Positions 27,483 through 30,988 of a DNA stretch of 30,988 nucleotides are shown here, piece by piece. The position numbers and the translations under genes were made by a program. The stretch is from a virus. Taxonomy: Duplodnaviria > Caudoviricetes. The DNA lies in the IMG/VR virus record IMGVR_UViG_3300020440_000050, positions 1 through 30,988 of that record. The stretch is one strand, 5' to 3'. How positions within the stretch are numbered: the first letter of the stretch is position 1; the number at the start of each line of letters is the position of its first letter. The notes below the pieces were generated by a model that saw nothing but the letters and a program-made list of their open reading frames with translations, ran no database searches and had not been told where the DNA came from.

Positions 27483-29132
27483 TCACGCAAAGAAATACTC
27501 CGATTGTAGTATCTCACGCAAATTTAATTCACCCCTAGCTGGTGGCACTGGTACATCTTCAGTACCTAGTACCTTGATAGCATGTTGTCTCAACTCTGTC
27601 AACACATCATGCTGCTCATACATATTAACAAACTCCTCACGTAATACCTCAGACAACAGTGGCATCATACTACTGTGTGTACCGTAGCTGTCGTGTACCA
27701 TAGCAAAGTCTTGGATGCCTAGCTTGCTTGCCTTGTTGATAGTCTTGGTCATAGCTGACGCATCCAGACTGTGGATAAAGTTAGGGCTGCTGCCCAACCC
27801 TGTCCTCTGCCTGTTCACAGAGTTTGGTTTGTCTTTGGGAAAGGACAACGACACGATGTCCCCATTGATATGTGTCTTGATTCTTTTCTGCTGCACCTCA
27901 CTGTATTGTTGTAACACTAACCATCCTGTAGGTGTGACCCACTCCATGTGCCTGTTCATCTGAGCATACACATCAGCCACATCCTTGATGTAGTCCATCA
28001 CCTTACGTGCTGACACAATCACCTCACTGATTGAATCCCACACGTGACCAGCTAGGTAGCTGGATGCCTCAAACAAATCATCACCGAATGGGTTAGGCTC
28101 ACCATCATCTATCTTGTCGTGCATAGCTTCCTCAATGTAGCCACGACATGCGTGACGTGTACCTGAGTAGGGGACAATCATCACTGGACGCTTGGCAAGC
28201 TTCCTGTCTATGCCAAAGGCCAAGCACTTACGTGCTAGTTCTGTGTCGTCCTGCTGCACACGTGCGATAGTCTTGTCTGCCACCTGTGTGTAGATGTCTT
28301 GAGGTATGCCTGATGGTACTAGGTTGGTAGCAATGCCACCCTGCCTGTCCCTCAGTATAGCAGAGAGGTGCTGTAGCCCATTGCAGCTACCATCTGCTGA
28401 CACAGGTAGGCGTGTCTCGTACCCCCAGCTATGCTTCATCAGGCCTGACATCTCGTAGCACCACGCCAAGAACTGGAATGGTTTGTCTGCCTCAAGCCAG
28501 ACCAAGCACTCGTATGGGTTGGACACAATGCGGTGCGCCCACATCTCTGCGTACTCCCATGCCCATGTCTCACGCTGGTCTAGTGTAACCTTGTCGTTAC
28601 CATACAGGTTAGCACCATGAATACACAACCACCGTGCGTCATCCCAATTGTTGATAGCCATTGGGTAGCCAAACTCAAGCAATGCCTTGCTCCAATCGGC
28701 AGACTGAGGTGAGAGGAACGTGCTGCTTGCATACTTGCGAGAACGAAAGTCGTTCTGCCATACGTAATAGAACCTGTCGTACCCAGCAAACTGTTCTGCT
28801 ATCTGTAGTGTACGCTCTACTTGTATGCGCTTGCTCACGCTGCGATTGTTGAGAGAGTAGATGTGATTACGCTTGCGTGACCATGCACGAAACTCATCCC
28901 TCTCATCCTCAGTCAACTGCTTGGGGTCACGATCAAAGGGATACTCAGGTAGTGGTACATCCTCTTTGGCTGGTAGCTTACCCCATTCATGTCCGTTGTC
29001 CCATATGGTACGCATCACCTCAAGCAATGGCTTGTTGATACGCCACTCTGTCCGTTGCAGTGTGTTAAGACAGGCATACTCTTGGATCAAGTCTTCCTGT
29101 CTTAGTCTGCGTAGGTGTGTCTTCAAACTCAT
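27483..29132 (-). CDS. gp1: T7-like RNA polymerase, C-terminal catalytic part (549 aa)
   Basis: WRINK, DFRSR (DxxGR-like), motif A DGSCNGLQH, motif B RKLAKRPVMIVPYS, PNFIHSLDA, motif C VHDSY, terminal YFFA. SD GAGG 5 nt before the ATG. Confidence 0.95.
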   Translation of the reverse strand: MSLKTHLRRLRQEDLIQEYACLNTLQRTEWRINKPLLEVMRTIWDNGHEWGKLPAKEDVPLPEYPFDRDPKQLTEDERDEFRAWSRKRNHIYSLNNRSVSKRIQVERTLQIAEQFAGYDRFYYVWQNDFRSRKYASSTFLSPQSADWSKALLEFGYPMAINNWDDARWLCIHGANLYGNDKVTLDQRETWAWEYAEMWAHRIVSNPYECLVWLEADKPFQFLAWCYEMSGLMKHSWGYETRLPVSADGSCNGLQHLSAILRDRQGGIATNLVPSGIPQDIYTQVADKTIARVQQDDTELARKCLAFGIDRKLAKRPVMIVPYSGTRHACRGYIEEAMHDKIDDGEPNPFGDDLFEASSYLAGHVWDSISEVIVSARKVMDYIKDVADVYAQMNRHMEWVTPTGWLVLQQYSEVQQKRIKTHINGDIVSLSFPKDKPNSVNRQRTGLGSSPNFIHSLDASAMTKTINKASKLGIQDFAMVHDSYGTHSSMMPLLSEVLREEFVNMYEQHDVLTELRQHAIKVLGTEDVPVPPARGELNLREILQSEYFFA

Positions 29133-29926
29133 TTGCGCCTCACTATAGGTAATTCGTCTATGTCGTGACCATGAAACCCACCACCCTGTACATCTGTCCA
29201 GTCCTTGGGTGGTACTATGCAGGGCAAGTATCGTGGCCTTGATACTTCCATGTATTCGTTGAACGCTTTGATAAACTCAAGCGTACCATCAGTAGGTTTG
29301 ACATAGGTAGCCCTACGTCTACGCTCAGTCTGCTGTGTGTCCAGCTTTACAATGCCTGTGTGCTGGATGATTATGTCAACCATCTTAAAGCCTACATGCA
29401 CACGCTCTGACTTCAGCCATGCTGATTCTTCATACCCATCCTTGTTCATCTTGTGCGTCAGGCCGTAGCGTCTAGCACCATAGGCTTTCTTCATAGCCTC
29501 TTTGATTGTGTTCTTTGCTACGCTACCCTCTGCGTGTACCCATCTGTCTAGTCTATCCTGCATCTCAATGTTAGTACCAATGGTACGTGCCACATGCAGC
29601 AGTGTGTTCTTCCTGCTGATGCTGTCAACCAACGACACCACTGAGAGGTAGGCTACCTGCTCTGCATCCATATCCTTGACACGCTTCCATGCTATGTCTC
29701 GTGATGGATTGCTAGGGTTGGCTAGGTACTGTTCAATACCCTGTGCTACTTGCCCCACAACTGTACCCACAATGGCTCTACCATGTGGCAGGTGTGATTC
29801 CCTACCCTTTTCAATGGCCTTGTCTCTGGCCTTCCTGAAGCGATTGACACCACCTGTCAGCATGTCTGCCTCAAGTTCAAGCTGATGCTCAAATAGGTCT
29901 TGGTTAGTTTCTAAAGTTACAACCAT
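29129..29926 (-). CDS. gp1: T7-like RNA polymerase, N-terminal domain part (265 aa)
   Basis: QLELE...GVNRF, IGTNIEMQ.R, W...ERVHVG, P.YLPCIVPPKDW...GGGF match the T7 RNAP N-terminal ~300 residues. SD AAGGGGGT. Confidence 0.92.
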   Translation of the reverse strand: MVVTLETNQDLFEHQLELEADMLTGGVNRFRKARDKAIEKGRESHLPHGRAIVGTVVGQVAQGIEQYLANPSNPSRDIAWKRVKDMDAEQVAYLSVVSLVDSISRKNTLLHVARTIGTNIEMQDRLDRWVHAEGSVAKNTIKEAMKKAYGARRYGLTHKMNKDGYEESAWLKSERVHVGFKMVDIIIQHTGIVKLDTQQTERRRRATYVKPTDGTLEFIKAFNEYMEVSRPRYLPCIVPPKDWTDVQGGGFHGHDIDELPIVRRK

Positions 29927-29932
29927 GAGAAG
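29910..29932 (+). promoter_or_regulatory. Inverted (antisense) phage RNAP promoter over the RNAP start codon
   Basis: Plus strand TCTAAAGTTACAACCATGAGAAG, identical to the 4593-4615 copy, predicted +1 at 29927. Confidence 0.75.
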
Positions 29933-29951
29933 ACCCCCTTTTACTATATAC

Positions 29952-29992
29952 TATAACATGTATAACATGTATTACATTTAAGACATGTCTTA
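29952..29992. repeat. AT-rich 9-bp tandem repeats and 14-bp palindrome
   Basis: TATAACATG-TATAACATG-TATTACATT (29952-29978) then perfect palindrome TAAGACATGTCTTA (29979-29992). Confidence 0.8.
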
Positions 29993-30142
29993 GATGGATA
30001 GCATCCCTGCTATACCGATGGTGAATACACCTACTAACATGACTACAAACTGTACACCTGTTACTGATTCATAGTCACCTATCATACCTACTACTGCTAC
30101 TGCTATCATAGATACAATCCATACTGTAAGTAGTGCATCCAT
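29990..30142 (-). CDS. Small two-helix membrane protein (50 aa)
   Basis: Not in ORF track: MDALLTVWIVSMIAVAVVGMIGDYESVTGVQFVVMLVGVFTIGIAGMLSI. TAATG coupling and SD GGAG. Confidence 0.75.
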   Translation of the reverse strand: MDALLTVWIVSMIAVAVVGMIGDYESVTGVQFVVMLVGVFTIGIAGMLSI

Positions 30143-30321
30143 TATGCTTCTCCATAATTATTTAGTAACCAAGTCTCAAGTGGTGACTGGATTACTGCTT
30201 CTGGTTCTTCTGCCCACTGCATCTGACACTCAGGGCAGTAGTATTCAATCATCCCATCCACTGCGTACAAGGCTTCAGCCTCACCACTACAGTGCATACA
30301 GTTCTTATACCCCATGCTCAT
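30142..30321 (-). CDS. Small early zinc-ribbon protein (59 aa)
   Basis: CMHC-x17-CPEC. ATG at 30321 follows GAGGAAGGA, so the longer track start is unlikely. Confidence 0.7.
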   Translation of the reverse strand: MSMGYKNCMHCSGEAEALYAVDGMIEYYCPECQMQWAEEPEAVIQSPLETWLLNNYGEA

Positions 30322-30553
30322 TGCTCTGTCCTTCCTCTTTGGTACGCAACAATTCCCCCTGCACATACCCCATCTTAAACTTGATATGATACTGAGCCTG
30401 TTTGTTCTTATCATACTGGTTCTCATAAGTCAACCCATGATAGCCATTGTGATAGCCCATAACGTAGGCATCGTCATACTTGTTACGCTTCTGATACATT
30501 GATTGTCTCCGTCTGGTCTGCATCACTGCTCTTTGTATTGGTGTCACTCTCAT
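30305..30553 (-). CDS. Early hypothetical protein (82 aa)
   Basis: TAATG coupling with the upstream gene, repeated Y..GY..G pattern. Confidence 0.7.
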   Translation of the reverse strand: MRVTPIQRAVMQTRRRQSMYQKRNKYDDAYVMGYHNGYHGLTYENQYDKNKQAQYHIKFKMGYVQGELLRTKEEGQSNEHGV

Positions 30554-30753
30554 TAGAATAGTGGTGTAAATTCTACACCATCCTCGTGCTGCTGCTTCAG
30601 TGTGCGTAGCTGCTGTCGCATAGCTGTTACATCTTCACCATCCCACTCTGCATCTTGTATCTTGATGGATAGTGCTGTCATTTTTTTGACAGTAGGTTCT
30701 AGCCTGTCGTCAGAGTACACGTCCTTGCAGTATGAATCAATGTACATGCTCAT
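30553..30753 (-). CDS. Early hypothetical protein (66 aa)
   Basis: ATGA overlap at 30750-30753 with SD GGAGAGG. MSMYIDSY...VEFTPLF. Confidence 0.7.
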   Translation of the reverse strand: MSMYIDSYCKDVYSDDRLEPTVKKMTALSIKIQDAEWDGEDVTAMRQQLRTLKQQHEDGVEFTPLF

Positions 30754-30956
30754 GCGTCCTCTCCCTGTGGGTACATAGCTACCCCTGTGTAATAGATGGT
30801 ATCCCAATTTATACCAATGGTTGCGTCATGCCTATGCTGCAAAGCATGTAGCACCTCATATGCTTGGTCTTCTGTTAGCCAGTCACACTCTAGCAACACG
30901 TCTGCAACAGACCACACGATTGCAATCTCACTGTCTTTTAAGTTAAGTGTCGTCAT
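30750..30956 (-). CDS. Early hypothetical protein (68 aa)
   Basis: SD GAGGTAAGG. W...DV......LT..QA.EVL......HDA.IGINW pattern common in phage early genes. Confidence 0.75.
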   Translation of the reverse strand: MTTLNLKDSEIAIVWSVADVLLECDWLTEDQAYEVLHALQHRHDATIGINWDTIYYTGVAMYPQGEDA

Positions 30957-30988
30957 TGTCCTTACCTCTGATAGTTAAGTTGTCCACG

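Noticed and set aside
17444-28789. Nested minus-strand alternative-frame ORFs (17444, 21614, 23441, 24950, 28580)
   Set aside because: Fully inside conserved genes, with no motifs or convincing initiation signals.
27466-29924. 17-bp inverted repeat flanking the RNAP genes as mobile-element or inversion ends
   Set aside because: The same core occurs at two other sites in promoter-like positions, the right copy lies inside the coding sequence, and no transposase or recombinase is present.
27483-29926. RNAP as a pseudogene or intron-interrupted gene
   Set aside because: Only one break, no intervening sequence, intact catalytic motifs, an SD before the second ORF, and conserved cognate promoters.
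214-30978. Many plus-strand ORFs in the track (e.g. 5676-6167, 12005-12481, 19597-20070, 27217-27687)
   Set aside because: Antisense shadows of well-supported minus-strand genes, with no recognisable motifs.
1-30988. tRNA, CRISPR array, integrase, ligase, terminase
   Set aside because: None recognisable. Terminase and lysis genes probably lie beyond the left edge of the window.

Overview
The window covers most of a lytic T7-like podovirus genome (Autographiviridae-type, probably marine), with all genes on the minus strand. In transcription order (right to left) it holds: small early genes; a single-subunit-family RNA polymerase encoded as two ATGA-overlapping ORFs (265 aa + 549 aa); ssb; endonuclease I; a very acidic small protein; primase-helicase; DNA polymerase A; a T5orf172/GIY-YIG-like nuclease; exonuclease; a DUF3310-like protein; MazG; class II (B12-dependent) ribonucleotide reductase; and the structural module (portal, scaffold, capsid, tail tubes A/B, internal virion proteins, tail fibre, small tail-associated genes). 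A 23-bp T7-architecture promoter, TCTAAAGTTACAACCAT|GAGAAG, was read from the sequence in four copies. Three face the sense direction: two at module boundaries and one inside gp16. The fourth is inverted over the RNAP start codon, so it would make an RNA beginning exactly antisense to the RNAP ribosome-binding site and running into an AT-rich repeat/palindrome region. The split RNAP together with this antisense promoter is the most notable system. Family assignments come from recognised motifs and synteny, not from database searches.
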